This document shows, one piece after another, positions 51,250-64,000 of a stretch of DNA of 64,000 nucleotides. Below the pieces are notes generated by a model. The model was not told the DNA's origin. It did not search any database and worked only from the letters and a program-made list of their open reading frames with translations. How positions within the stretch are numbered: the first letter of the stretch is position 1; every line of letters starts with the position of its first letter. This DNA is from Leucoraja ocellata (lineage: Eukaryota). The DNA is taken from positions 2,108,001-2,172,000 of the forward strand of contig JAWMAR010000323.1 in the NCBI GenBank assembly GCA_036785375.1, read 5' to 3'. A program made the translations under genes and the position numbers.

Positions 51250-51571
51250 TGCAGCACGGTGGCGCAGCGCTAGAATTTCTGCGTTACAGCATTTGCAGCA
51301 TGGGAGACACTAGTTTGATCCTGACTGGGTGCTGTCTGTATGGAGTTTGTACGTTCTCCCCATGACCTGCATGGGTTTTCTCCAACATCTTTGGTTTCCT
51401 CCCACACACCAAAGACGTACAGGTTTGTAGGTTCATTGGCTTAGTATAAATGTAAATTGTCCCTCGTGTGTGTGGGATAGTGTTTGTGTGTGGTGATCGC
51501 TGGTCGGTGTGGACTCGGTGGGTCGAAGGGCCTGTTTCCATGCTGTATCTCTAATCTAAACTAAACTAAAC
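51250..51571 (+). mobile_element. HE1-type SINE, full length
   Basis: GCAGCACGGTGGCGCAGC head, body, GGGCCTGTTTCC and a (CTAAA)n tail. Confidence 0.9.
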
Positions 51572-52097
51572 AACCTCAGTGAAACTATCTGAGGCTCCCT
51601 TGTCATTGAGGATTGGTCACGCCTCTCAGACACACCTAGTTGAGAAGCATCGCCTCTCTTGACTCCCAGGTAATTGAAGAGAGGTGGACACGAAGTGCAA
51701 TTGGAAGGCTGGATCCAATGGCATGGTTTCAGGATTTGCAACAATCAAGAAACGCATCCAAATAAGCTGGGAAAGGGATTTGGTGATAAATGGACCAAAG
51801 ACACTTCATTCAAGATACAAGCAATTTCCACTGATTTATATTGTTAATTTTGCACCTCGTTTGATAATGAAACATTCTAACCATGCAGAATTAATTTTTC
51901 TTCTTGGGGGATGCTAAGTTAAATGTGTTACTAGTTCTCACACATAGCTCAGTTTAGCTTATTGCAAACTGAATTTTCCAGATTCATTTTGGGCCAGAAC
52001 ATGCTGAAATAACTAAATCGTACAGCAACTCATCTTGTTCAATGCCATCCAGCCCATGATCTCATGTGTCAGGAGATGCTGCCACTGAGACAGATTT

Positions 52098-52490
52098 GGG
52101 CAGCACAGTGATGCAACACATACTGCCACCTACTGCTCCGATAATCTGGATTGAATTCCAACATTAGATGCTATCTGTTTCGAATTTGCACATATTCCTT
52201 GTAACTGTATGGAATTTCTTCATATTCTGCAGTTTCCTTCCACATCCCAAAGACATGTGGGTTGGTGGATTATAGCCATTGCAAATATATTGCAAAAGAA
52301 CATAGAAAAAATTATAGCCATAGCAAATCACTACTAGCATGTGGACGTTGTAGAATCGTGGAGTAATTGATGGGAGTGGGGAAGAATTAAAAATTGGGAC
52401 CAGATCAGGATTAGTGCAAAGTGAGAGCTTGATGTTTGGACAGACTCAGTGGGCTGAATGATTGGTTTCTGTACTGTGTGACTCTACAAT
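52098..52490 (+). mobile_element. Old HE1-type SINE
   Basis: GGGCAGCACAGTG head and TTTCCTTCCACATCCCAAAGACATG body. Confidence 0.65.
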
Positions 52491-55358
52491 TTATTCCCGA
52501 GAAGAAAAGTTTATTTAATTGAAGTTGGCTTCCATACCTTTGGACTGGAACATGTTCCAGCATTGGAAGTGCACTTGTGATGTCAGGTATTTACAGGATC
52601 TGGCTAAATTGGGAAATTTAGTAGAGTCAGAAATGCAATAAACTCTCCCTTATCGAGTTGTTACATAAATGGCACAATAGGTGGAATTGCAAAGCAGCAG
52701 TGTGCTGGTGGCACAATATTAGTTTGCATACCAATACATTTTGAAGAGGAAAAGAAGGCCATATAGGTGCAGGAGTTAAACAGTACACCTTTGAATTGTT
52801 CTGTTACCCTGGAAAACTTAGACAAAAAATACAACAATAATGCCGAAAATTGAGATCATTATTTATTTGAGCTTTGCAAATGCACAATGTCTTTGGAAAT
52901 GATGTTGCTGTTGATGCAGAGGAAATTTTGCACAGTGGAAATTAGTAACTCCTATTATTAAAATGCAATGATATGATTTATAGCTGGTGTGTACTGGACA
53001 GCTCCATCGTTGGAAATGGACTGTTGTTGATGTTAACAAGAAAGATAATCTGGGACAAGGATATCACATTGTACAGGATACATATCAGAATCACTTTACA
53101 ATGGAAATCAGAAAGATTAAAGATGAGGTCTTTCTAGTTCATGTAGGGGCATCAAAACAACAAAGTAGGAGATCACTGTTCAGAGTGTGGTGGGAATTGA
53201 AGTGACACATCACTCCTGCAGTCTGAATGCAGATTACCCAGTCTGAATTTGATTTTTCCATTGTAGAATGTATTGAATCCATTTAATGCAATACACTCGA
53301 GTGGGGAACTACAAATTAATCATTGTTACATCTAAAAATTGTTCTGCCTGGATATGTTGTGGCCTTCTATTTTCAATATTGAATTCTCCAAATTTAAGTA
53401 ACTTGGTCCTTCTGTCTGTGTCAGAAATGGCCATTTCTGTCAATAAGCCTTTTCACTAAGTTATCTGTATATACAGACTGGCCTACTGGGCGTGTCCTAC
53501 AGCCTTGATATTATAAACACCAACGGAGAAGCATAGTGGTCTTCTAATTGCTTTGATCACAGGGGCGGAATGGCCTACTCCCGCACCTATCGTCTATTGT
53601 CTATATGTGGTCTTGCCTTGTCAGAGACATTCACTTTCCACCTTCTTCGCTACTGAAAGCTATCTTATCTTTTCTCTGTATTGCTCTGATGAAGGATTTC
53701 AGCCGTGCAAGATTAACCGATTCTCTTTTCACAAATGTTGCCTGACCTGCAGAGTATTTCAAGCATTTTTCTGTTAAAATTGATTGTGCAATTTATTTTT
53801 GCTATTGTTCATTAACACCAACTCATGAAATAAACTCTGTGGTACAATTGACTATGATACAGTCCCTTTAATAATATTTCAGCGATTCAGGTTCGTAAAG
53901 TCACTTGTTTTATTCAACCCATCTGTGATTTTCAAGCTCCAGTAATAACTGTCTAGCCCATCTGCCCCTTTTAAACACTTCAGTTAACAACAGATTTGTT
54001 TCGATCTGATCACCATTATTCAATAGTTTGGATTTGCAAAGCTAACCAGATGGAATAAAAATAATAATAATTTGCACGACTTTACTATTTCATATAAACA
54101 ATATCCATTGCTCTGTCAAGCTATTTAACAGGTGCATGGGATGCAGTTGTGTGAGTTTGTGGTGAAGAGCAAGATTCATCTTTCTGACTTACTCAGCTAC
54201 AGGTGGTTGTAATTGGCATGACCATTAAATCACAGAGAAATTGGTAATCAGCTGCACCCTCCCAGCTTGGAAAGATGAGGATATTTGGCAGATACTTTTA
54301 CATGTAGGGAAATAATAATTGAGGATGAAAAGCAATTATTGGTTTTGAAACAGATGGAGCACCATTGCCTAATGCTGCACAGAACACCTGCAACTCATTG
54401 ATATAAATAACCAAACTTGTGGGATGTGACATTTTATGGATCTTACAATTATTGTTGTATTTGCTATTAAATCTAGTAGCGCGAGACAAGTTTTCTCCCA
54501 TTTTAATAGAAAGATGACTAAAGATGAGAAATGACTAAACAATTATACACAATGTGATTAGGGGAAGGAAATTCATCTCATTTTCAAGTATTTTGCATTA
54601 GTTTGGTCAAATACCTCAGGATTTTACTTGATGTGACTTGTATCATGTAAAGTAGAATTCCCCTTGCCAGTGCAAGTGTGCACAAAAACCTTTCCTCCAT
54701 GATCTTCCAGCATAAAACATTGTTTTAGTTGCAAGAATTTTTGGGTTACTTTCTAAAATATGAGGGATTCAAACCTCATGAATTTGAATTGCAGAACTTT
54801 TGAGGAACAAGCAAAAGTAAATGGTTCAGCAGGATTCTCATCTACAATTTAACTGCCGAGTTACTTTACAAATTAGACTTCCTAATGTTTGAGATGGTGC
54901 CTCCAGGTATAAGAAATATCCTGTGGTAGACTTAAAAGATTACAGTAGGGCTTCCTTTTGGAACGGCAAAACAGGTAACAAAAATAGCAACTTGCTGGGA
55001 ATTTAAAAGTCACTGCCGCCCTGAAGGCTCTTACCAACAAAACAGCTGTCACAAGTGCGCACAGCACATTACATATTAAGCAAAAAAGTTACACCAGGCA
55101 CAGCTCGTCCAAAATCCCATGTGGCAGTGCATATGTTACGTTGCACCTTTTCTGTCAAATTGTAATGACATATCCCTTTCCACCTTCCACTTCACTGTAT
55201 TTTGACACGGTACTGATGATCTCACTGCAAGACCCACTTACAAAATTATCTTTTTGAAGCTTGGTCTCTGAGAAAGGAACATGTCAAAAGATGGCACATG
55301 CATCATTACTTTTTTGTATTTCAGTTAATAAACTTATTGAATAAATTTATTTGTAGTA

Positions 55359-58115
55359 AAATAGAAAGATTAAACGAGAACTTACCGTTTAATATTTGAT
55401 CTTTATTTTGTGAGAAGTTGAAGTGAGGGAATACGTGAAGAGCCGGACAGCCCGCATGCACGTCAATCTTTAGAGCAGCTGTATGAAACCATAGACTAGT
55501 TGCTGAACTTAAGCTATAGAAAGATTAACGACTTTGGAACTACCGAATGATCTTTATGAGAAGTAGGGTTGGGAGGGCACGTATTCCCTCAACTTCTCAT
55601 AAAATAAAGATCAAACTTCAAACGGTAAGTTCTCGTTTAATCTTTCTATTTCATTTCGAAGTCACGTGAGTGACTACATGAAGACTTCAAAGCTCTGTGG
55701 TTTCATGCAGAAACCCAATCTGTGTGTGAAACACTTAAACAGATAAACCATTAATGGTAGAAAAAAACATGGGTTATTAATACCATGATGCTAACTTGCA
55801 TACATGGCCATTGTTCTTAACTGGATCATAGCCCCAATTGACTTTGAGTTAGACAATAACTCATGCAACACTGTGCAGAATTCTATCTGTAAATATCCAG
55901 ACATATTCAACCAAATTTTATAATTTATTAACATGCACTATGTAAGCCTCTTGCTGTATGATGAAAGGGAACTATCCATTCTATTGGTTGCTAATGAGCC
56001 ATGAGCAATACCTTGAGACTATTGAATAACAATAAATAAACTATCTTTCATCTCATAGGTACTAGCAAGCTCAGGGCACTTGTATACCTAATGGCACCCC
56101 CAATCTCTGCTCTGGTGGGTATGCTGTCAACTTCAAATGTACGCAATCCTGCCCATTGTGCTTATGAGATCATTCTCATAACAAGCTACCCATATGTCAG
56201 TTATGACCCAGAGCCGAGCCAGAGATTGAGTAAAAACTGTGTTCTTAGTGCTGAGATCAGTTGCTGAAAGCATAGTCATCTTAAAAATACTGCTCCAATT
56301 ATGAATACAGAAGAAGAATATTTGCATAAACATTTACTGATATACATCGCACACTCCAATAAGTGTAGGCTATTAGAGTGGTCATATAAAAGACGCCCTG
56401 CATAACCGGATTTGGCATGCTCCATGTTTCTGTAATCTTGAAAAGTATCAGAAATATACCCCTCTTGTTCTTGGCCAGGCCACTCATCCCCCGATGACAT
56501 GTCACTGATTGCACTCGGAACCACTGTTCCTCTATTGACCATAAGGACAGAAAAGGTTTTGGCTTCTCTTGCCGCTGAAAATGCATTATTTAATTATTGA
56601 AACATTTCGCTAATAACATATAATCAGAACCTTATGACTAGAGTTGAAAACAGACTTTCTCCTTGATGTGGGAATACAAGTTCCCTGTCAACTCTTGACT
56701 ATAAGAGTCACCACAAATTCTCAGTGTTCTTCCTCAGAGTGGAATTTAGCATATGCAAGCTTGAATCAGGAATTGCTTCGCAGTCCTCTGACTGAAACCA
56801 CTTGTCTGAGTCGCCAGAGTGCACAACACAATCTCTTCGAACCGCCACTCAATCATGAATACTGGTATTGAGAGCCTATGGATTATTATAAATACATTGT
56901 TGATTCACAATATGAACCTGCAGGTCAGATAAAAATATTATATGCCAGACCAGCTTCCTGCTGGTAGCTACCTATCCCAGAGAGGATGGCAATGATGTTT
57001 CCAATGATCTGGCAACTCTACTAACTGAGCAGAAATTTAAACATATGTTGAGGGAGACGTCAACTACTTCATTCTACTGAGCAGCCTGATAACCTCAATC
57101 ACAGATGATGAGGCAGTGCTTCCCTGGTCAATATGACCCATATGGCCAGCCAGTTCCTGAACAAGGTTAACCAAGCTGTTCCTACTTGGAACTTACAGAG
57201 GTTACTATGCAAGGCACCCTGCCAATGTCTCTGCTCCCAGAGACAGTGAAAAAATACTAGACAGCCCATGCTGCCAGTAAACCCAAACCTGGGCCAACAG
57301 ACTGCTCCATTTTGGAGTTTTACGGAGGTTAATAAAGAAACCTTACCTGCCAGCGTCTCTGAACCAGGGTCGATTTGCTTGTTGGAGCTTCAGCGAAGTT
57401 CCATTTGCAGATCCTGTCTGTCATGCTTGCCATTTCTTCAGCTGGTGTGAAGTTAGATAGCTGATGCCGCTGGCCAACTCCTCTTGTAGTGGCTTGCCCG
57501 TCCCTGAGGGAACAGCAAATTTACAGGCAAGAGCAGGCAGCTTTTCCTTATGCGACTCAAACTTGACCAAACACCAACCGCTATTAAAAACTGCCAGCTC
57601 TATTTATAACTGCCCTATAAATAGAGCACACACTATATACTGGTCTACAGTGTATGCTGCCTCAGCCAGCAGCATCTATGTTTAAAAATTGGTAGGCACT
57701 ATGGCAGCTGAGCTTACCTAGCATTCGCTGCCCTGGCCGCGGCTAATTTTCAAAAGCACCGACTGCTGTTATCTTTTGCAGCGATCGTTAACCTAGCCGC
57801 GGCTATATTTTAACTACCACCTGTTGCTAATCTTAGCAGAGAGCTTGCCTAGCTGCGCCGGTAGCCCCAACTCCTAATGGAGCTTTCACGGCGGCCTCCA
57901 AATTCGGCCACCTGCTCCCGTTCGGTGCTCCAACGGCGGCCCAAATCTGACCGTCTCCATCAGCTACTCCGGGCCCGCTGTCCGCACCGGCCCGCTGAAA
58001 ATAAAATTAACTTACCTGCCAGAGCAGTTTCGAACTGCTCCGACTCGCGCCCCATGCGTCGACGTATTGAATACGCGCTCTTCACATAGTCACTCACGTG
58101 GCTTCGAGATAAAAT
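55359..58115 (-). mobile_element. DIRS1-like tyrosine-recombinase retrotransposon, shortened and degenerate
   Basis: Internal complementary region 55578-55685 pairs with both termini (55359-55437 and 58078-58115). Decayed YR-like peptides (MQGVF...YTYWSV; AYPPEQRL; SLFI) on minus. Confidence 0.82.
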
Positions 58116-59189
58116 GACAGGTAAATAATCATTAACAGCTTGAGCTATTTTTTGTGTCACAAGGGTCTGATGTTTTTTCTTTCCGTCCAATTAAATATTG
58201 TTCTTACAGCATTTGACATTTTTCAAAATAAGCTACTTGTTTTTTAATTAATCTGATAGAACTGGTCTTGCCACTTACATTTCACATATTGGTATCAAAG
58301 CAGGCTAAGAAGTCACGATTAAGTACAGTTGATACTTTAATATTAGCCAATATGCTTCTTGTGTGATACTCTTAATTAATGACCTGTCACTGCTGTCAAC
58401 CTTTGACCACCAGTTCTTTATTCCAGTGTTATAAAGCTTGAAATGCCCTTTCTAATGGATGTAATCCCAGTTTGAAATGGCAACATTTATTATCGTCTGG
58501 CTGGGTTTCTTTCAGTTCAAAGATTTGGTATGAAAATTTCACCTATGCATTCTGCTTTACTTAGTGACAACACCTTTGAGTTTGCAGGCACTTTATTCAT
58601 TCAGTGTTCGAATGTCAGATCAAATTTTATGCACAAAAGGTGAATGGATAGCAACGCAATCAAGGGTATAGCTCTTTACTTCCCTGAGGCTAGATTCTAC
58701 AGTGCAGCTATGATCATTTTTTTAATATCATAATTATTCATTTCACTTGTTAACAACGATCACTTCAACTGTGACCTGATTTTAAAAAGCCTTCATTAAC
58801 TTTTTGGTCATAGTAGGACACTCTCTCTCCCTGTGTCGATTCTATGGTGGTTTGAAGATTATGAATGAATTACATTATTTTTCAAAACCAATGATTATTC
58901 CAAAAATTGTTTCGGGTTTCCAGAACTTGTATTAATATAATGAGCAACTTGAGAGATGGAAATGCTGAAGGCTTAAGAATGAGAAACATTGTTAAATTTT
59001 AGTATATAAAAATTAGACCAAGTTTATAAATTGGTGCAATTGGGCTAGAATATTTGGACGAATATTTTTCCATGGTTAGTGATGATCTCCACACATGTAG
59101 GGAAAAAATAATGAAACCCAGTGCTGATAAAAGTAAGACACCATGGAAGGTCATCTATTGGTAAAACCCGTGCAGAATTATACAACAAA

Positions 59190-59965
59190 GGGGGGGGGGG
59201 GAGGGTGGTTCTGGAGCGCTAGCATGGGTGTTGTGGGTCAAGTCAAGCACAGTGAGTGCAGGGCCAACAATCTATTTCAATCCATTTCATGTCAAGTCAA
59301 TCCATTTCAAGTCAAGTCAAGCATAGGCTGGGCGGGGCCAGCCAACAATACAATCCATTTGCTTTCCTTTCAGGTGAGGTCAAGCAAAGCAAAGCAAAAG
59401 CAAAAGCACAGGGCAGGCGGGGCCAGCCAGCAATACAAACCATTTGCTTTAATTTCAGGTGAGGTCAAGCAAAGCAAAGGCAAAGCAAAAGCAAAAGCAA
59501 AAGCACAGGGCAGGCGGGACCAGCCAACAATACAATCCATTTGCTTTCATTTCAGGTGAGCTCAAGCAAAGCAAAGACAAAGAAAAAGCAAAAGCACAGG
59601 GCAGACAGGGCTAGCCAACAGTACAATCCATTTGCTTTCATCCCAGGTGAGGTGAAGTAAAACAAAGGCAAAGCAAAAGCAAAAGCACAGGGCAGGCCAA
59701 ACAACTCATTTCATTTCATTTCCATTTCCAATTCAATTTCAAGCACAGGGCAGGCCAAACAACTCATTTCAATTCATTAAGGGCTAACAAATCATTTATT
59801 GCAAGCATATTAAGGGTTAACAAATCATCATTCATTGCAAGCACAATGTTGGCTAACAAATCATTTATTGCAAGCACATTAAGGGTTAACAACATAAAGC
59901 ACATAACCACATAAAGGGTAGAGTAACTGACTCACGTCCAGGCATCTGAGATTTTATAGTCCTCC

Positions 59966-59998
<33 letters not shown>

Positions 59999-60315
59999 CC
60001 CGCTGGAAGGGGTGTTACCTTCATCATGGTGATTGACAGGCAAGAGGACCAATCAGCTGATCTCAAGATTTTTTAAACATTCAGAAATTCATAGATCGTA
60101 AAAATCCTTGGGGCTGCCGCAGCGGAGGATGACTGTGAGTAAGATGGCCAAAAATCATAACGATATAGCTTAGCGTTTTTTTCTAAAATCAATATACAGA
60201 GCAGGCAGGAAATGGTCAAGGTGAGACTTTTCGTTATATAGATAGGGTAGCGTTTTTTCTAAAATCAATATACAGCGCAGACAGGAAGTGGTCAAGACTT
60301 TTAGTTATATAGATA
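59190..60315. repeat. Unclassified composite repeat with nested tandem arrays, C31 run and duplicated terminus
   Basis: ~70-80-nt units (GCACAGGGCAGGCGGGGCCAGCCAACAATACAATCCATTTGCTTT...), ~31-nt units (GGCTAACAAATCATTTATTGCAAGCAC), poly-C at 59967-59997, terminal block shared with 16780-17012. Confidence 0.8.
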
Positions 60316-61668
60316 TTGTTTTGTATCTAAGGATGAACCTACAGATAAAAAGATAAAAAATAAAAGGCTAAATTGAAATTTGAAAGAACGCAAGTGTGAA
60401 AGTTTGTGCTAACAATAATCAAATAAATATGAAACAAATGTGTAATAGTGATGTGAAAAGGGTATCAAATAGTTAAGGGAGAATATATAAGGGAAGAAGA
60501 AAAGAATGTCAGTTTGTACTTTTATGGCAATCATTAAATAAAAGAATGAGAAACACCCAAGGGCTGAAGAAGGCGGTTTAATAGTGGGGATAAGAAATGT
60601 GTTTTACATCTTTTTTTATAAATGTCGTTGTGAGAGATAATTGGTAATGGATATGAAGCAATTCTAAGTGATAACTGTCAAAAATGTGTCCAAATTATGT
60701 TTTAACAAACTTTTGATTTATGCTTGTATACACCTTTGGCCAAAAAGGGAAGTCAAAGAAAGGAGAAAGCTAATTTGAATGTGTTAATGGCAAATGTAGT
60801 ATAATTTTTTTTTAACATCTGTGTAGTTTCAGACATTGTAATTCTCTAAAGGTATTTTACTAAAATAGAGGCATTTGGTGTAAGTAATGTGGTGGTGTGG
60901 CTATGAAAGTTTATTGATAGACAAAGCCAATTTCTGATTCATATCTGTTATTCATTGGGAAAAGGTTGGAATTATTGTCTGTTAGGGTCTTATGTCTTCC
61001 TTTCTTTTGTTATCTCTTCATCTTTCTCTCTATTGATATAGATGAAGCCAATGGAGTAGAGAATATGATATTAAAACTTGACAATAACACAAAGTAAGGG
61101 TGGTTGAAATGCAGGAATATACAAAAGCATTAGAAAAGCATAGCATTGTTAACAGCGAGAATGAACAGCCAGTTGATGCAGTTCAGAGGGTGAATACGAG
61201 CTGCTGGATATTGGCTGACAAAACTTGGATAGGAAATTCTGGGTTTGCTTACTGCTACCCTCTTAATCTCAGGAGCAGGCTTCTCTGAATGGGAACAAGA
61301 AATAATGAGAGCACTGGAATATATGTAATTTGCCTGGTATTTCTGTTTGGGTCCTGAAGAAATGCACTTGCACATACAGAAAAGAACAAATCTATATTCA
61401 AACAATAAAATGTCGGTAAATAAACCATTATGACCCAAATCCCTTCCATCCAGATAATATTCTACTCTTAAAGCAGTAACTTACTATACATTGAAATTAA
61501 TGGCACCTAGATATTTAGTTATTTAGACAGAAATATATTTGCGGTCAGCTGTGCTGATCATGATATATAACCTGACCATGCTGGATCCAACCTGCCACCC
61601 ATGCTTAACCACAACCTCCACTCCTCCATTCCTTTGCAATGGCTGCATCTGCTTTTGCAGCTCCAGCA

Positions 61669-61845
61669 CAGTGGTTCCCAACCCTTTCTTAGTTCATGGC
61701 CCCCTTGGTTTCTTTAATTTTGCTGTGGCTCTCCCTGACATTATTAGTGGGGAAAAAAGTGTCCCCCTTCATGGCCCCCTAAATCCTCAAATGTTTCTGT
61801 GCCCCCCCCCTAAAATTTGCCATGGCCCCAGGTTGGGAATCACTG
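61669..61845. mobile_element. hAT/Charlie-like MITE (177 bp)
   Basis: TIR CAGTGGTTCCCAACC / GGTTGGGAATCACTG. Degenerate 8-bp flanks CTCCAGCA / CTCTAGAG. Confidence 0.8.
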
Positions 61846-61944
61846 CTCTAGAGGACCAAAGAAACTAGGGGTTCCACACCCACACTGAACAATGCCTTGG
61901 TCTCAGGCCACAATTCCTGAAGTTGCTTTCTCAGACTGCTATGA

Positions 61945-62192
61945 TGACAGAGGATGTTGAATCTATGGAATTTATTGCCACAGGTGGCTGTGGAAGCCAA
62001 GTCAATGGATGTTTTTAGGGCAGAGGTTGACAAATTCTTGATTAGTAAGGGTGTCAGGGGTTATGGCGTGAAGGCACGAGAATGCGGTTGAGAAAGAAAG
62101 ATAGATCAGCCATGATTAAATGGCGGAGTGGACTTGGTGGGCCAAATGGTCTTATTCAGCTCCTAGAACTTAAGAACTTATGAACTTATGAA
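61945..62192 (+). mobile_element. CR1-type LINE 3' end
   Basis: WNLLPQVAVEAKS.DVFRAEVD peptide, 3' UTR and a (GAACTTAT)n-like tail. Confidence 0.85.
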
Positions 62193-64000
62193 TGACAGTT
62201 CATTGCCATCAAAGATCCCTAATTCCATCAAACAATTAGAGGCATTTAAATAGATTTAAATAATTAAAATATCATTTACTCACTTAAAATTAACACATTA
62301 ATTTAAACTACCTTGGAAACACAAGACCACGGATGCTATAGTCTGCAGAAAGAAGAACTGGTGGGAAACTCAGCAGGTAGAACAGCATCTGTTTGTGCAA
62401 AAGGATGGTCGGCGATTCGGGTAGAGATCCTGCATCAAAATAATTTAAAGCACTTTATATGAAATTAATTTGAAAATTAAAAACAAAATAAAAATGCAAC
62501 AGTTGCGTGCATTTACCTTTGGTTGAAGGATTTTCAACACTATTCAAATGAATGGGTTCATGCTTATTACACTGCATAAAGTTGAATGGCCAGATGCAAT
62601 GTGAATCTAGCCCCACAGCTCATAATGTTAACATATCGCTTTTAGATTCAGTGGTGATCTTCAACTCATCCATGTCTCTACACACAGGCATGGATATCAG
62701 ATACAAGATGACCATGAGTAGGATCTCACTAGCAATAATTATCAGCCTTGTATGTTAATTTTGATCCAATATTAGTCAATTGAACTGAAATTCGGAAGTG
62801 CAGTACAACTGCTGATGTTACTACAAAATATGCTTACCATTGCCCCTGTTGGTAATGTTAAGCATATTTTCAGCATTAAATGTATTTAATTTAACAATAG
62901 ATTCTCCCAAAAGGCTCTTTTCCACAATTTAGTTCATAGAAGAGCTTTTCTCTTCCTCATAGGAACTAAATTATTTTATGGTTGAAAAATGGGTATCTAC
63001 TGTATATTTGTTGCTGAAAACTTTTCTCTGGGGACTGATGATGATAACAACAGTTAAGCACAGTGAATATGTTTTTAACTCTGATTTTCTGCAGCACTTA
63101 AGCATGGCAATGATTCTGCTCATCTTGGGGTATAATTAATTGAGAGTATGTTATTTTTAGTAATATAGTAGATCGGAGAGCAAAACAAATCCCCTGATTT
63201 ACATTTTGGAAAGTATAAAAGTGAAAAAAGAACCATTTATATATTTACAGCATTAGGTTATTCTTCATCAATGGATTTCTTTCATACATGAATGAGGATG
63301 GAAACCCATGGTGGGGTATTATTTCTTTATTTCTCCAGATTGTGGTTTGCTGAGTGGGAAAACGTTAATTGTTCATCACCAATTACGCCTGAGAATGTAA
63401 TGATGAGTCACTATCTTGACCTCTGGAGTCCTTCAGTTTTCCTGGCTTTAAACCAATGACAATGAAGTTAAGATGATATGTGACCTGGTAGGGAACATTT
63501 GACCATTTTATCACAAATGTGCCTAAGTTATGTTTATCCTGCAAAACGTTTCATCTTAATTCAGACCATAATTTTTATGTAACATATAACCTAACACCCC
63601 TATGTAGGGGTTGACTGAGAGCAGATTGCATTCATGCAGTTTCAGTGAATGTTTATTGGTTTAATTTAGTCAAGTTTAGTTTATTGTCACGTATACCGAG
63701 GTACAGAGAAAACCTTTTGTTGCGTGCTAACCAATCAACGGAAGACAATACATGATTACAGTCGAGCCATCCACAATATACAAGTGCGTGATAGTGGAAA
63801 TATCTCTAAGTGTTACATGATGTGCACGTGAAAGTCACCACTGAGGGCGGTGATCAAAAATAATCAACCCATTTGCACTACTCCTCCAAGAGGTCCCCCT
63901 TTTTGTACCCAAGGTTTTGGCCAGGTTTTCTTACAAACCCCTGTTGGCTATCCATGCAAATCCACATATTACATTCTACCTGAATCTCCATATATAGTTG

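Noticed and set aside
59967-59997. C31 homopolymer and other G/C runs as functional G-quadruplexes
   Set aside because: They lie inside repeats, homopolymer length is error-prone, and nothing else supports a function.

Overview
Eukaryotic, repeat-dense DNA with no recognisable host gene. The repeat content (CR1/HER1-type LINEs, HE1-type tRNA SINEs, Deu-domain SINE remnants, Rex1/Babar, Tx1-like, Penelope-like and DIRS elements) points to a cartilaginous fish, probably a skate or ray (inference). Every ORF I can recognise is a decayed retroelement fragment, and there is a 200-N gap at 17557-17756. Main observations: (1) a 137-bp retroposed insertion (6373-6509, minus) with an exact 11-bp TSD, whose first 54 nt form a complete minimal HDV-like ribozyme starting exactly at the predicted cleavage G; (2) a Penelope-like family with a minimal hammerhead-like core that repeatedly inserted as snap-back palindromes (perfect 263-bp and 74-bp arms) with a ~35-nt unpaired tail and 14-15-bp TSDs; (3) a shortened DIRS-type element that keeps its circle-junction (ICR) architecture; (4) composite elements carrying nested tandem arrays; (5) a young teleost-AFC-like SINE. 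Family names come from recalled motifs, not database searches. Boundaries of old repeats are approximate.
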